In this document: in pieces, positions 1 to 17,319 of the stretch | Position numbering within the stretch: the first letter of the stretch is position 1 | Layout of the letters: the number at the start of each line of letters is the position of its first letter | Assembly: GCA_973895155.1 (NCBI GenBank) | Contig: OZ316892.1 | Location: 2,235,223 to 2,299,222 of the forward strand | Reading direction: 5' to 3' | DNA: 64,000 nt | From: Marsupella aquatica | Taxonomy: Eukaryota; Plantae; Marchantiophyta | Translations under genes and position numbers: made by a program | The notes under the pieces: model-generated | What the model saw: the letters and a program-made list of their open reading frames with translations, nothing else | Told to the model about the DNA's origin: nothing | Database searches by the model: none

Positions 1-1359
1 CTCCTTAGGCACGTTGAACGGTGTGGAGTGAACCTATTTCCCTATTTCCTTCATGAAGTCTGTAGTACAGCCCGCTCCCATGACCTGCTTTTTACGGGGT
101 CTATGACTCAAAGCTAGACACGTCTATAGGCTGTCCTACTGTTTTGGCCATGAGTGGATGCGTGTCTGAGATCTCACAGTGTCTCCTTCAAGTACATCAT
201 CAAATTTCAGAATTGTTCCTGACAGTTAGTATACCTCACTTGCAGCAATGTTGGGCGAAACAATTTTGCTGGGCAACGTGCTGTCCCCGTCCCAAAGCGG
301 AATCCTTTCCCGGCCGCTACTGGCAACATGAAGATATCAGTCGTCAACAACGGAAGCAAGTGAGTGGCTGGTGCAAAGCAGTCACGTCCTGAAGACTGCG
401 AAAGTTGACTGGATCTTGATTTTCATTTGAACTTTCAGTATGAGAAGTGGTTGTCTGGAAGGTGGCGCAGGTCTCAGCGGAAGAATTCATCATTATCATG
501 GCTGATGAGTTTAGACCTGTGGCAGACTCCTAGACTCTTGTACTGGAGTCTTTTGTTGGCTGTGGAGATATGCTTTTTTGTGTATGCAAGGAAAGAAAGC
601 CCCGGGATGCGGTGGAAAACGTAGGATGTAGACCGCAGCAACAACTTGGCAGAGTTGTTAAATTTATGACGTGTCTTTTCTGAGGAAAGTTCACAGGCCT
701 AATGCCTCAAAAATGAGAGGTTGGCTTCGGCATGTCCTTCTTTGAGAAGGAAGCTAGGCATGGCATGGAATATGCAAAGCATGGAGTAGATTTTGCGGTC
801 TATTTGCTTGCAGAGAGTTGTGCCCACATATCTATCATCCACGCATAGACTAGTGCATGAACCTCAAGGACAGCACTTTCCAACTTCTTGCTGATAGTCG
901 GATCGGAGGCTTGCTATATTCTCTCGTCGAGAGCAGGGAGGTATCTAAGGGGCGAGCCAATGAATCACAGCAAGTCTCCTCCCGCCCGGCCAGAGTTTTC
1001 GAAAGCAGCCATGTATTGATTCAAATAGTTGGTTTGGATATTCCAGTGGTCGGTTGGGCCTTCGAACAGGGATTGGAAACTCCTGACGCTTCTTGATCAA
1101 ATGGGTCCCATCTCTCGAAGATTCCCGCATAGGGCATCATCAACTCGTATTTATCTCTATTCTTCCCTAGTACTTCTTCACTCTGCGATCATAAGAGGTA
1201 GGAGGACAAATTTGCATGCCAGGCCAAATGGTATGTGCTCCTCCTTTGTCATGCCAGAGGAGTTGGTGCTTTGGAGGTGACCTCCCATGTTGCGGGTTCG
1301 ATGTCGGGTGCCTCTGACTGAAAATAACGTTTATGAGCATGTTGACTTTTTTGTTACAG

Positions 1360-1907
1360 GGTTGGTGGTCAGAGGTTTACTGCGCAGCCATTCCGCAAAA
1401 GGAATGGGCCCAACGTTCCTTCGCGACAAGTATTAACAGGACAACAACTGAAGTCTGACAGGGTTGGTATTTCAAGAGAGCTACGGCACTAATGTTGATT
1501 TGTCGAGGGAATTTTTACGATGTGTTGTGAATGTGCATTCTATCGTTCACTTTGGGGTGCTTTCTCACGGAAAGTGCGGAATCAGTCTATTCGAGGATGT
1601 GACTATCAATTTCCTTCTGCTCTCTGTTGCATGGATCGAAGGTTGAAGTTACCCACTCGCCACCCAACAGCTATTAAATAGTGCGTCTCACTGATTCGCT
1701 GACTCTGTTTTGCAGATGGACGTCGACGTCCTCCACCCTCAGAATCAAAAGCCGAAAGCAAGGACCTTAGATTCTCTCTTTGCAGAAATCAAGGAGCGAC
1801 GATTCACTCAGCCAGCAGTTGTTCAACCTTTCACTTCCGTGGGAACCGGTAGGAGGGGTGGGCGAGGTGGATTCCAAGGACGCAGAAGGCCAGGGAGGCC
1901 TCAATAA
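1360..1907 (+). CDS. Last two exons (1360-1462, 1716-1907) of a probable UAP56-interacting export factor (UIEF)-like Arg/Gly-rich RNA export adaptor; 5' exons lie upstream or outside the window
   Basis: Acceptors ttacag|1360 and ttgcag|1716, donor 1462|gttggt, phases compatible. The peptide KPKARTLDSLFAEIKERR plus an RGG-rich tail resembles the C-terminal TLDSxFAxxKExR motif of plant UIEF-type proteins. Confidence 0.6.
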
Positions 1908-4900
1908 CTGGGCTGCATGCTCGGATCGTTTTGTTTGTTGGGTAATGTTGCGATGGGCAGCTAGGTTCTTGTGCTGCACTTCAGGGATAGTGCTTTAGTA
2001 AGGGTGGACTGCTTCGTAGCAGTGTCAGATAGGACCTTGTATCATATTACTGTTCATATCTATCTCGTCTGGTACTGGTTCGCAACGGTTACCCCTGTCG
2101 GAGCGGCTGTGCAAGGAACTTTCCTCGTCAACTTCATTTTAAGGGCACTGAGACTAATCCTGATGAGTGGAGTATATTGCGCTTCAAGATGGATTGTGGG
2201 GGAGACTACGCTGGAATGCTTTCAGTGAGCCGGACCATAGTTGCTACTGAAGTATCTCGCTGTTAGATGTGTACTGTCTGGATATCTAATCTATTGCAGG
2301 CCCTGCACTGGGAGATCATGTACTTGTGTTTCGTTTTTTCTTGGGCAACGGGCCGACCCCAGTATTATCACCTTTTAATAACTTTGCCTATCTTAAGGGT
2401 GCGGTCTATGGCAACCTGCCGCATGAAGACATGGCTGCGCCTTTGAAATAGATCTCACTCTTTTCGTGCATATGATTTCCATGGTCTCACTCAGGAGAAG
2501 GGAAGCGTCTTGGTATATACTGCTGGGTTCCCGAGTGTTGGGGGAAATTTCAGTGCACGACCTAATGTTCCTGATATGTGGTGCTGTTATTCGGTTCCCA
2601 GTTGTCTCGTGTATGTCATGGCATTTCAAAAATTAGGCTTCGGGGTTCGACTTGCGGATTTCGTCAGAGAATCTGCTGAGTACCTGCAAGGATTGTTGAC
2701 GTCCTGTACTCTGAATTTTATTCCTCTGATTGGATCTGGAGTATGGGAAACATGCAATTGGACAGTTCTGGAAAAGGTCTGATGGTCCGACCAAGCCTGA
2801 ATTATTGTAGCTCGAACAAATCAGGAAGGAGGTCTTTGATAATTATAGCGTATTTATCTTGCAACGGAAGATCTAATCCTTTGGAGAAGTTCTTTCTCAA
2901 TGGTGCCAGCAGGAAATTTTGAAGTTGGACTCCATTCCATCAATGTAACTAGGGTTTTAATGTGGACCTGCCCTATCTCCATTCCATCAATGTAAACTAG
3001 GCATTCATTGTGGACTAGCCTTTGATATCAGTTTATGGTGACGCCGAGCTTCTAGGGGATTGAGTTCCAATTGACCCTGAGTTACAACCTCTACACATCG
3101 GTGCTTCTAGGGATGGATGGGACGACCTAGCTGTTTATGTGAACCCCTCCGGTAATTCACTCTTTGTAGTCTTGTGGATGGTTATGATGTTATGTGACAT
3201 AACCCCCTTGCCGGCCTGGCCCGGGGTTAATGAGATTTCGTCGTGTTGCTGACCTGCCTTCATCGAATGGTAGGTGCAATTATTAGGTCAAAAATGAGTC
3301 CTGTGGGTACCTCCTGTCCAATTTCAAGTCTAAATATGGTACCCGTGGCGCTTTGAGGTTATCCATAATGTTCAGGTTAAAATATGGTGACCATGGCAAG
3401 CTAGCCTTCGAGTTTATTCAATGTCAGGTGCAGAATACTACACTAAGAGTTTACACTTGTTAGTGGATGGCCACGTGTGCACTGTGGCTTCAACTACCAC
3501 TAAGCTATGGGTTATTTTTCACATGGAAAGAGGAAATCATGTAAATGATCCTTATTGTTCCAGGTTAGAGGAAAAATATATGGAGAATGTTTGAACTGAA
3601 TTGTCTAATGTGAAAACTCACTAGTTCAAAAGCTTGCATCTTTGTGTCCAATGTCTTACCATCACGCTTAGAGAGCAGGGAGCCCCGGGATGTAATGATC
3701 TCCATTATCAAGACTGAAACCGGATTTTTTCTGGCTTTGGTCAATATAGGCAGCGTGTTGCTGGAATTCCTTCTGAAATTCCTCCTTCAGAAACGTCATC
3801 AGGAAACGTTGATTGCTGTGGCTGTGATTCTACTACAGCCGCCGGAGTCTGCGCAGTGGCTTCCTGAAACTGTGTTTTCGGGACTAGCAATCTTGCGTGC
3901 TGTGTCCTCAGCCTAGGTGCCGCCTGCCTCGAGTCTCCGTAGTCTTGCATAGTGACCAGCAATTGTGCAGCAGTCGTCAATAGTGCAGTTACTATCTGCA
4001 GCTTGTCTCCTCATGTATCACCTTCGACACCACAAAAATCCTGAATCTCTTATGTCTACAACATGAATGGTTCCGTTCCCCCCTTAAAAATATTCAAAGT
4101 TCACATTCGTTCTGTGAAATGAGTGTGTCCAAGTTTTCAGGGTATCGGGTCTTTCGAGGCTCAGGTATCCAGAATTTCTGTGAAAACCGAATGTAAAAAG
4201 TAAGAGTCGATGTAAGGATTCCAAGCGGATCATGTGAACTTTCTATCTGTTCTTGTGATTTGAAACCCTACCCCACATGAATAGAAAGGCCTTGAAAAGG
4301 TGAAGGATATCAAGAGAAAACTATGTTAATCATGGTCGAAGTACACCAATACAAAGGTTGAAAGATGGTGACACAATAAGCTACACCGGCACCAACACAA
4401 CAAATGCATGGTGCGAGACATTTTGGCAAGTCTTTTGGTACAATACAAGTGTTTTCATGTCAAGGACCCTTGCCAAGAGTCCGGGACCACCTAGTACTGC
4501 TTTTCCCTCTTGTTATCACTTTTCCTACACTACGATGGCAGATATAGTAGTCTAAATCTCGATTCCAATTTTTTCCCGCCTTTCCATTCTACTAAAGGTG
4601 ATTTTGTATCTGACCGGACGGAAAGTGTATTCTACGAGTATGCAAGTCATTCGCAAATGACCAGTGACAACACAATCCTTAGTCACCAAAAATGTGAATC
4701 GTTACGACACACGACACCAAGCAGACACGAGACACCAAGCACTCTGAGAAGTTAGGACACTAGGTATGGTCTCCGAAGAACGAAATAGCTACCACGCAGT
4801 CGAAAGCCCTTGGTTCAAAAGTACAGAGCTTATATACCGCGACTTATTCCACAGCGACACTTCGTCACCGACTCTGAAAACTGAATACATAATTATTTGT

Positions 4901-5451
4901 CACATTTCACAGGGTTCATCAAAATTGCGAGAGGTCAGATATATACGACTGGATTTCACCACCTGGTTGTAGCTCTAAATTTCATCAGCTAAAACGATGC
5001 GAGGCCTTGACTGGTACAACAGCTGCCTGACCGCGATTGGTGCAAGAATGAAGAGAAACCCTAAACCCTTATTTCTCTTCGAGGTTCCTAGAAAAACTGA
5101 AACGAGACAAGAATTTCACTGGAGTGTTGGGCAGTTATACTGCTGAGGCAGGGTAAGGTATATAGGGTCCCCCAAAATATACATATAAATTCTTTTGGAG
5201 GACACCCAATTATGTCTTAGCACGGGAAGGTAAGATACAGGGTGCACTATACCTTTTCCAGGCTGGTACAGGAAACACCCTTTACCCGCCCAACACTCGA
5301 ATGAACCCCTTGTTTCACTTCAAAGGCTCCTAGAAAGAAGGAAAAGAGAAAAGAAGCTCACTCGGCTAGATCAACCCTCGGCATCCACTTTCACCATCCA
5401 CACAGCCTTCAACTGATGCCCAAATCTTCAAACATGAATTGGCCTTTGAAG

Positions 5452-8880
<3,429 letters not shown>

Positions 8881-8910
8881 CGACCGAACGAGCTCGCATA
8901 GAGCACTCCC

Positions 8911-9535
8911 ACCAGTCATTCACCACAAAGATCACTCTCAGGCAAATCAGTCCCACCAGTCATTTACCAGGAGGGGGCAAGATCGAGTCATATTAATGTT
9001 TTGATCGTACTAGGGCATGGTTAGCACCGGTCATTCACCACAAGACTTAAGACGGAGGCATATTAAATGTATGTGATTGTACTAGTCAGGGCAGGGTTAG
9101 CACCGGTAATTCACAATAAGATTGTACTAAGCAGGGTAAGGTTAGCACTGGTCATTCACCACTAGAGACAAGATCTGAGGCATATTAATGTATGTGCTCC
9201 TACTAATCAGAGGAATTCAGAGTAGGGTTAGCACCAGTCCTTCACCACGAGTGGCAAGATGTGAGGCATATTAATGTATCTGATTGTACTAATCAGGGCA
9301 GGGTTAGCACCAGTCATTCACCACAAGAGGCAAGATCGAGTCATGTTAATGTATCTGATCGTACTAATCAGGGCAGGGTTAGCAATCGTCATTCACCACA
9401 ATAAACAAGATCGAGACATATTAATGTATCTAATCATACTAATCAGAGCAAGGTTAGCACCAATCATTCACCCCGAGAGGCAAGATCAAGGCATATTAAT
9501 TTATCTGATCGTACTAATCAGGGCAGGGTTAGCGG
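8911..9535. repeat. 75-bp tandem repeat array (~8 units, more degenerate at the left end)
   Basis: ttaat(g/t)tatc recurs at 9271, 9346, 9421 and 9496. The unit contains gtactaatcagggcagggttagcaccagtcattcaccac. Confidence 0.92.
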
Positions 9536-9539
9536 TCAG

Positions 9540-12500
9540 GCAGCTTTGGGGCAGTTTATGGGTGACATGTCGCCTGCCCAAATTTTGCAAGGGCTCGACC
9601 GCACCTAAAAAATGTGAGGGACGCTCCCACCAATTTTGACCCTGTCCCTCACTGGAGCCCGTCTCTAATTGCCCATAACCCCACACACCCTAAACTTTTG
9701 CCCATGATCATCCGTGACGCTATTGCCCGTGACTGTATTGCCCATCGACAACTAAATGTTTATTGTATTCTAATAACTCAAAATTGGGCTCAAAATGTAC
9801 TCACATACTTTTATGGAATGGAGTGCCTCAAATGGGTATGTGTAGTTTGCATACTTAGACATGAGCTTTGGGCCATTTCATTCGCTTCATGGGCTTACAC
9901 TTTAGGGACAACAGAAAGGTGAATGAGGAAGAATAGGATTGAGCAATGTAACATTGTTGCCAATATTTGCAAAGGAGACAATTCTAAGAACGAATTGTGT
10001 GCGCAAGGCAAAGGTGTGGTGCAGTCTTCAGGGTCAGTCTCAGGTCCTTTCATTCCAATCTGTCTACTTTGTGCGAGAGAAAATGGCTAGCTTGAGCAAT
10101 GTAGACCGTGTTGTGATTGATGCAGACACCCAAATCGTGGGTCCAATGCATGTCCAAGTCCTCAATTTTGTAGCTCATAATCAGTTCCCAAGGAAATTTA
10201 CTAGTCATGGATGTCTTGAAAGGACTCAAATTGGAATATGTAAGGTGTCTATTGAAGGGTCAAATCACAAGTGGTGTCTACATGATTCTATGGAGAATGG
10301 GAACTATGTTGATATGTTTCATCGCTTTGAGGTCATTTTGTCAAATGACACTTTACAAACAAACTATGGGCAACTTGCGCTTTGTGCATCAATTTGGGAT
10401 GCAACAACTTTTCTACTGCAAATGTTTGCCCCTACATTGGCAGCTATGGAACCACATGCTCAAAGTTCCAACGAGTCCACGACTGTACAAAGGATGTTCT
10501 TCTCTATAATGTCACGTTTAGTTGCAATGCAGAGCAGTTCACGTTCAAGAGTTGCAGATTATTTCCAACAACAACATCTTGCAGCACAGTCGTGTTTGGT
10601 GGCCTTCACTGATGCCAAGGCAAGGTGTGCAATGGAGCCCTCCAGCAAGAGTCCCTTCTCTCGCTCTAGCCCCGATTCCTGTTGTTCATATATACCACTC
10701 CACCAAGGAGCATTGTCAATGTTGTACCTGTCACTTCACCATCAACAAATTCCAAGCGCGGATCGCAATACAGGTCGATCATGCACGTCAACGACAACAT
10801 ATATTAACTTCCAAAGCTTTTAGTACAATAGAAGATGATTGTGCATGCAAAAGAGAATTTAGAGGACATCGGGAATATGGTGTCTATAGCAAAGAGGCTA
10901 GCCATGCCTTCTATGCATCACTAGACATTACTCCTCTCGGTGGACAAAGATTAGATTATCCATGGAGATATGTAGGGACATTGCAGCACTGTATTTTGTT
11001 TGCGACCAGTGTTTCCAAGTTTACTAGGAGTGCCCACAATATAAGCAAGGCAATTGTTCATGCGAACAGATGATATCCACACCTTCAACTGCATTTGGAT
11101 GCTTTTCATCATCTAAGTGTCGAAAGTCATTTCAGTCATTTTTGCCCAGGTATTGTCCATAGTCCCCACATATGTTTCATTTACAAATACATGCATGTCC
11201 GCTTGTCTTTGGTTCAATCCTAACCTGGTTGCCAAAGTGACGCAGGATTAGGACAGTGGTATCTTTGACTAGCATCGTGCATATTAATAGACATTGGGTG
11301 ACTTACACGAGGAAGTACCTTTGCCATATGCCTATTTTTGGAAAAGTATATGGCTAGAACTAAAAAGCATATACTAAGCCAAATTAGGGTAATGCCATAG
11401 TTGATTTGTAGCATTTTGTTTGTTATTTGTATGTAGTCTCGTATGAAGTCTAGAACTAAGAAGTAGTTACTAAACTAGATTAGGGTAATGTCATAGCTCA
11501 ACATTATGTTTTGCAGTGTTTGTGTGAAGTCACATATGAAGTCCCTTTTAGAGGCACTACATTACTATTGCTTGTTGCATGGCATGTGTTGCAATCCTGG
11601 CTACAATTTCAACTTTTTTGACAAAGGTTTGTAAAGGGGGACGATGATGCACAGCCCTCGCACAATCATGACGGTGGCGATCTAAGCCCAAACCCCCTTC
11701 AAGCGGCCGTACATTGCGGCAAGAGAAACCTCACTAGACTGTTGTTCAAGGAGTCCAACATAGAGTCAGACCCTGATGAATACTACAAGGCGCCACAAAG
11801 GCAATAAGGTCATGTGGCGGGAAATTTAGCGCCCCCAAAGTCCGCCACAAACGTTGCTAAGCTACCTCTTTGACAGGTTACTCAACAAACAATGTCAAAG
11901 GAGGCAAACATTCAAGAACATATTTGGGTTACAAGGTCAAGAGAGCCAATCATGCAAGCTAAGAAGGTCTTGAAGAAATAAGCTTGCAAAAAAGTTTAGT
12001 GCCTGTGATTACTTTTGCAAGTGAGGGCTTCGAAGAAGACTTTGAGAGCGATTCAATAAACGCCGCACGTAAAAAAGTAATTAGTTCTGTCATTGAGAGC
12101 TCTGAAGAAGCATCCAATAGCAATTTAGAGGATGTGGCATCTAAGAAACAAATTACCTTCAAGGTGAATGCACTGAATGTGAATCCGTCACACCAACATT
12201 TGATGAAAGTCAGCTCATTTTGTGATATTGAATGTGTAAAGGTTGTTTGATTTGAGTTCATAGCATATGATCCTTTGCGCTCAATAACTTTGACTGATGC
12301 TAAACACTTGTGGCATGCATTCCTCATACACAGAAAAAATATTTGTGAGGAGTTGCATGGCTTACCAAGAAGAGAGGCCATGATGTAGGAAATCCGAAGC
12401 CAACTCAATAGTATCATCCACTCTTGGGGTAGGACATCTTCCTCATAAGGAAGCTCCATAGATGGGTCTTGGGACAAAGAACGTAATGATCCCATGATAG

Positions 12501-15500
12501 CTTCAAAAACCTCATCTTGTTGTTCCTTTCTTGAGATATCATTCCTTGCATCATCTACCACAAGCTCAGGCAAATCCAATGTCACACACTCTTCTGCATT
12601 GCACACCCTGCCCAATTTAACATTGCCATCGGTTTCAAATGACCACAACTACGGGTGAGCCTTCTTGGCTTTCGCCTCTTTGATTGTAGTATCATCTGAG
12701 AGGGTTCTTCCTTTGAATGATTCATGTCCAAACAACACTTGTGTTGCAATTAGATTATCTAATTAAACTAGTTATAGTCGGAGGTGGGATAGAAGCTTGC
12801 ACTTCCTATGATACATAATTGTCTGCTTGTTTGCTACAAAGTCATCTTTGTTGCCTGTAAATACATTGTCATCCGGTGTGGGAGATACAAGTTGATCAAG
12901 CTTCCTCTCGTTGTACTCTATTCGTTGGAGCTCATGCTCATCAAGCCTTTGCACAAACCATTTTGTTGTAGGGTTGTTGGGGAGTTGCCATTGAAAATCA
13001 CATTCATCAAAACAAGGACACCTTGACACTGAAGAGGTTGGTCACAAATGGGTGTCTCCTTTGTTAAATCCACAAAATCATTATTGCGCACAAGCATAGC
13101 TATGGGTGATATAGGTTTGTGCTCGGATGGCTTCATTGCGGAAGGCATTTTTGTCAAAATTCATCAATTGGGGCTTATTTGGGAATTTTTCTAACTTTTT
13201 GGAGCAAAAGACAACGCTTTTTGAAGCATCTGCCTCCAACTACTCTGCTTTTAGCAATTTTTGTTGAAGACGTGACTCAATCCAGGACGCTTGCTGAAGC
13301 GTCCCCCACAACACAGGCGCTTCTTGAAGCATCCGCATTCCAAAGTCAAAGAAGCCCCAACGCTGTCTGAAGGGTCCGTGTTTGACGCCAACAAAAGATG
13401 ATGCTTTCTGAAGTGTCCATCAGTATTGACGCCCATGTAATGAATCTCTTCGTCGCACACAAGACCCAGACGCTTTGTGAAGCGTCCCTCACCAAGATGC
13501 CACCAAGTATAGACACTTTTTTGAAGCGTCCACATGAGCACCTAGAGAAGACACACAAGGAAGACCCAACTCTTTGTGAAGCGTCCCACCCAAAGGTCAA
13601 AAGACAGACGTTGCCGATGGAAGACGGGACGGAAGATAAAATTTCTGACGATGCTTTTCAAAGCATTGACAAAAGTTTTTTGTAGTTTTGGACGCTTTCT
13701 GAAGTGTCCACCAAAGTCCCAATACTTTAAAAATTCCGGTTTATCACTTTTTGTAACATTGCAATGCTTTTGTCAATTTATTTGAGACACTTAGAGATCT
13801 CAAAAAAATCTAAAACTTTACCAGCATAGAGATTATATGTAGTAGAGTACCCTAGACAAGTTTCATTTCATTTTGACAATTAGTTAGAAATTAAAATTAG
13901 GATAAGATCACTATTTATTAGTTTTACCAAAAACACTGACGCTTTGCAAGCGTCCGCCCCAAAATATTGACGCTTTCTCAAACGTCCACTACATTTTTGA
14001 TGTTTTTGTGACATCTGTTTCCAACACTTTACTTCTTCCATCTTTCTTAAGATTACCTTTTAGATATTTGAGGTTTGAAAAGTCATACCTCTTCAGTTCC
14101 TTTTTGTGTTAAAATTCTATGCCTATAAGACCCCTCAATTTACCAGTCTTATGGGTAACAAAACTTTATTTAGTACTCAAAATTCTGAATAGATTCCACC
14201 TTCCATTTTAACAAGAAGGTCTTGTATGGAAGTAAAACATATGTTGTAATTTGTGAATGAATTCAGGAGATTCCTTTTGGTGAATGAACTTCAATCACAA
14301 ATTTTTGAGATTCCCATCGAATTCACTGCTAGGCTTGCAATTGCTTGGTGTGTCAAGATTTGCTAGCTAATTTGAGGATAGACATTTGAATTGAAGGAGC
14401 AAAATTTCATCTTTAGAGTATCAAAGTACTGTTGTTTTACTTTGGCATATTTATTAGAGTTTGATTTGAATTGTGAATCACTAACAATCAAACCTCAGTA
14501 AAACTAACCAAAAATGTACTGTGGGTTTCGTGAGCAAAAGAATCCTTTTATTTCACATCTTTACGATTCCATAAGGAAAGAGAGAATCTGATTTGATAAT
14601 TTTAATCTTGTCTATACTAAGACCATAATCCTTTTGAAGGAATGGCAATAGCAAATTAAAACAAATCTATCTAGAGATTTAACTTCCTTTTGTTTCATAA
14701 CTCAAGAGTTATTTTTTCCCTGTGTTTTGTTAATTTTATCCTTTGCATGAGATTGAAAGTTGTAGAGCAAGAGCTCTAAACTACTCAAATTTGTTAATTA
14801 TTCATTTGATCTATTCCCAATCTGTTCTTAAGGGGAACGGATCCCGAGTTCATTAAGATATATTGTTACTTTGTGTTCTTTCGGCCATACGACATTCGTA
14901 AAGACACCAATTTTGTCACTAGGACACACTTCCTTTTCCTCTTTGGTATTGGCTTTGTCCTCCTCTCCTCAAGTGAAGCACTATCATCTGAAGTGTCAAT
15001 CCAAACACTATATGTTGTGGCTTGTAAATGTAACAAGCAATAGAAACAATTTAAGAACCTATAAATCCGATTAAGCTCCTCAAGCAAAACAGAGTTTAAG
15101 TGCAACAGGAAAAGCACAAAAGGCACAAAGAATTAAAAAAATATGGAACAAACTTGATATTCTTCTTACCTGTCTTTTGGCCTCCGCCTTGCTAAAACCA
15201 AGGAACCATTGGATGTGTGCATGAAGGCACATGAGCATTGGATTCTTTGCTAAATTCTAAATGCTTCCTATTAACCCCGTTGTCCTTTAAGGTGCAAGGG
15301 GCTACTTTAGAGGGGACAATGTGAACTTAGCTATTTGTTATTGCCTCTTTATAAAAGAATGTTTAAATAATGTCAAAACAAAACTGGTTCTTTGGGAGTG
15401 GCTTTATTTCCCTGTACCAGGCACATGACACTCGCCCTTCAATGCTAGCATGACCATCACCATTCTGGGCCACATGTTAGGCCCACTATGAAAATGTTAA

Positions 15501-16400
15501 AGTCAATTTTATGACTACATTGGACTTGGTTTCCACAAAAACATTCTTTTGTATTACTTAGACTAAGCATGACTATGACTATCCACTTTTCAGAATTTCA
15601 ATAAACATCCTAAACTATAATACACAATTGTGCCAAAAAATGGTGTGGTCGTCATTCAAATTTGGAGTGTCCTTTTGGGTGAGAATAATTGAAACCTGTA
15701 AATATGGAACCAATAAGGGGGAAAAAAAAGGAACTTGAGGAAACCTGGTACAGGGCTTGGTTTGCACAAAATCAGTACACAAAGATGCACAAGACAGGTA
15801 CTATTGTACCTTCAGGTACAGCATATGAGCTCATTACTCTTAGGAGCCCCAGGTACAAGGTACAAAGGGGATAGAGGTCCTGCAAAAGGAGGTACAGTTG
15901 TACCATCAGAGTACAAGTTTTAAGAGAGAGGGAAGAGTGTAGCTTCTTTCCTTTTGGAGTTTGGAGCTCTCTATTCCAAGCCTATGTGAGCTTATAAGGG
16001 CTCCAGGCATTTTATGAGTACTTTTAAGCAACAACAACTACCCAATGGCAAGAAGCTGGAGTGTGAAGATGAGCAATACCCATTACCCAATAGCTAGAAG
16101 AGAGAGAGCGATGAGGGAGAGTGAAGAGTCCGAATGGATGATGACTCCTGAGACTACCCTGGCCCTGGCCTCATCCAAACAACATAGTTTTTAGGTGCAA
16201 ACTTTTGCCAAATTCCACCTCCCCAAAATATGTTCACCACTTTTTCCGTCACTTTTGCCAAAAAATTGCTAGATTCTTTGCATACCATTGGCCACTCTCT
16301 CACCAAATCATGGACCCCATTTGCCAAAACTAACCGTTGTACGTCAATCTAGGGATATCTCATGAAGAAGATATAATTCAAGAAAAATTGTTGAAGAATA
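9540..16400. mobile_element. Degenerate transposon-derived region of unassigned family (decayed ORF fragments, palindromic repeats)
   Basis: Broken ORFs at 9939-11073 and 11959-13157 without a coherent exon structure, visibly CpG-poor tracts, and clustered short palindromes at 13.2-14.0 kb and 15.7-15.9 kb. Confidence 0.45.
13285..13990. repeat. Cluster of palindromic GACGCTT-N-AAGCGTC motifs
   Basis: Copies near 13287, 13469, 13515, 13571, 13690, 13938 and 13969, e.g. gacgctttgtgaagcgtcc and gacgctttgcaagcgtcc. Confidence 0.75.
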
Positions 16401-16779
16401 CTCCTAGCATTTCCCTCGGCATTTCCTTCCTTTGAGAGGCTGACATTTGTCACACTGGCCAAAAACAAAAAAATAATGTTGTAAAAAATGCTAGACCCAA
16501 CATCCCGGGGTGGAATGAAACCTGAGACCCCAAGGTCCCATCCCCAACCCTAACTCAATCTTGCCCCGGGTTCCAACTCCCCAACAACCCCTCAGTTGTT
16601 GTTATGTCTTGCCACTTTGTTTAGCACAGGAAGAGGCATGGGGTGGGGGCCAAAATATCTGGACCAAAGTTGGTCCGGGAGTGGCAGGTCCTCCAATGTT
16701 GGAAAGTGTTGCAAACCACACCACCACCCCAGGGGGGCATGGTATTGGCGAGTAAGGAGCCGAGTAAACTTGGATGAGG

Positions 16780-17300
16780 TTACCAAAGGGGTTCCATGCA
16801 AGGGGTAGGCAATTTTTTTTGTTGAAAAGTGGGCTGAGTCGTGCCATTGCTCCAAGGGGAATTGGCATTGGGGCGGCCACGGTCAACTTTAAGCAAACTA
16901 AGCTTAAAGTAACCAAAAAAATTGGGGTTAGTGATGGGGTTCCAAGATATATGCAAGGGTAGGGAAAGGGCTGTTGAAAAGTCAGCCAAGCTGCTCCGTT
17001 ACCCGAGGGGGTCTTGACATTGGGGCGGCCAATGCCAATTAAGCTATTGCTGCGACTTTAAGTAAGAACTCTAAGGTAGCCAAAACTTTGGGCCCAATGG
17101 GGTTCTAAGATGCAAGGGGTAGTGAAGAGTTGTTGAAAAGTCAGCCAAGCCGTGTCATTATCCCAAGGGGTCTTGGCATCCCGCTTGGCATTGGGGCGGC
17201 CAAAGCCAAGTAAGCAGCCATGGTAACTTTAAGTAAAAAGCTTAAAGTAACAAAAACTTTGGGGTTATCAATGGGGCTTCAGGATGCAAGGGGTGGTAAA
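16780..17300. repeat. About three degenerate direct repeats of ~140-190 bp
   Basis: Recurring cattggggcggcca, ctttaag, atgcaagggg and gttgaaaagt blocks in the same order. Confidence 0.75.
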
Positions 17301-17319
17301 AAAGTGGCAACAACTTAAC

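Noticed and set aside
1-1300. Short ORFs at the window start
   Set aside because: Probably intron or decayed TE sequence within the UIEF-like gene; nothing assignable.
8911-9535. CRISPR-like array
   Set aside because: Whole units repeat with no unique spacers, the context is eukaryotic, and there are no cas genes.
9274-9639. 121-aa ORF with repeated hydrophobic MYLIVLIRAGLA units
   Set aside because: It is the translation of the 75-bp tandem repeat (a multiple of 3); neighbouring units have indels.
9939-10823. 294-aa ORF as a protein-coding gene
   Set aside because: No recognisable domain, no splice-consistent continuation, and it lies inside the TE island.
16480-16565. SINE/tRNA-like segment on the minus strand
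   Set aside because: A and B boxes are too degenerate and no TSD was found.
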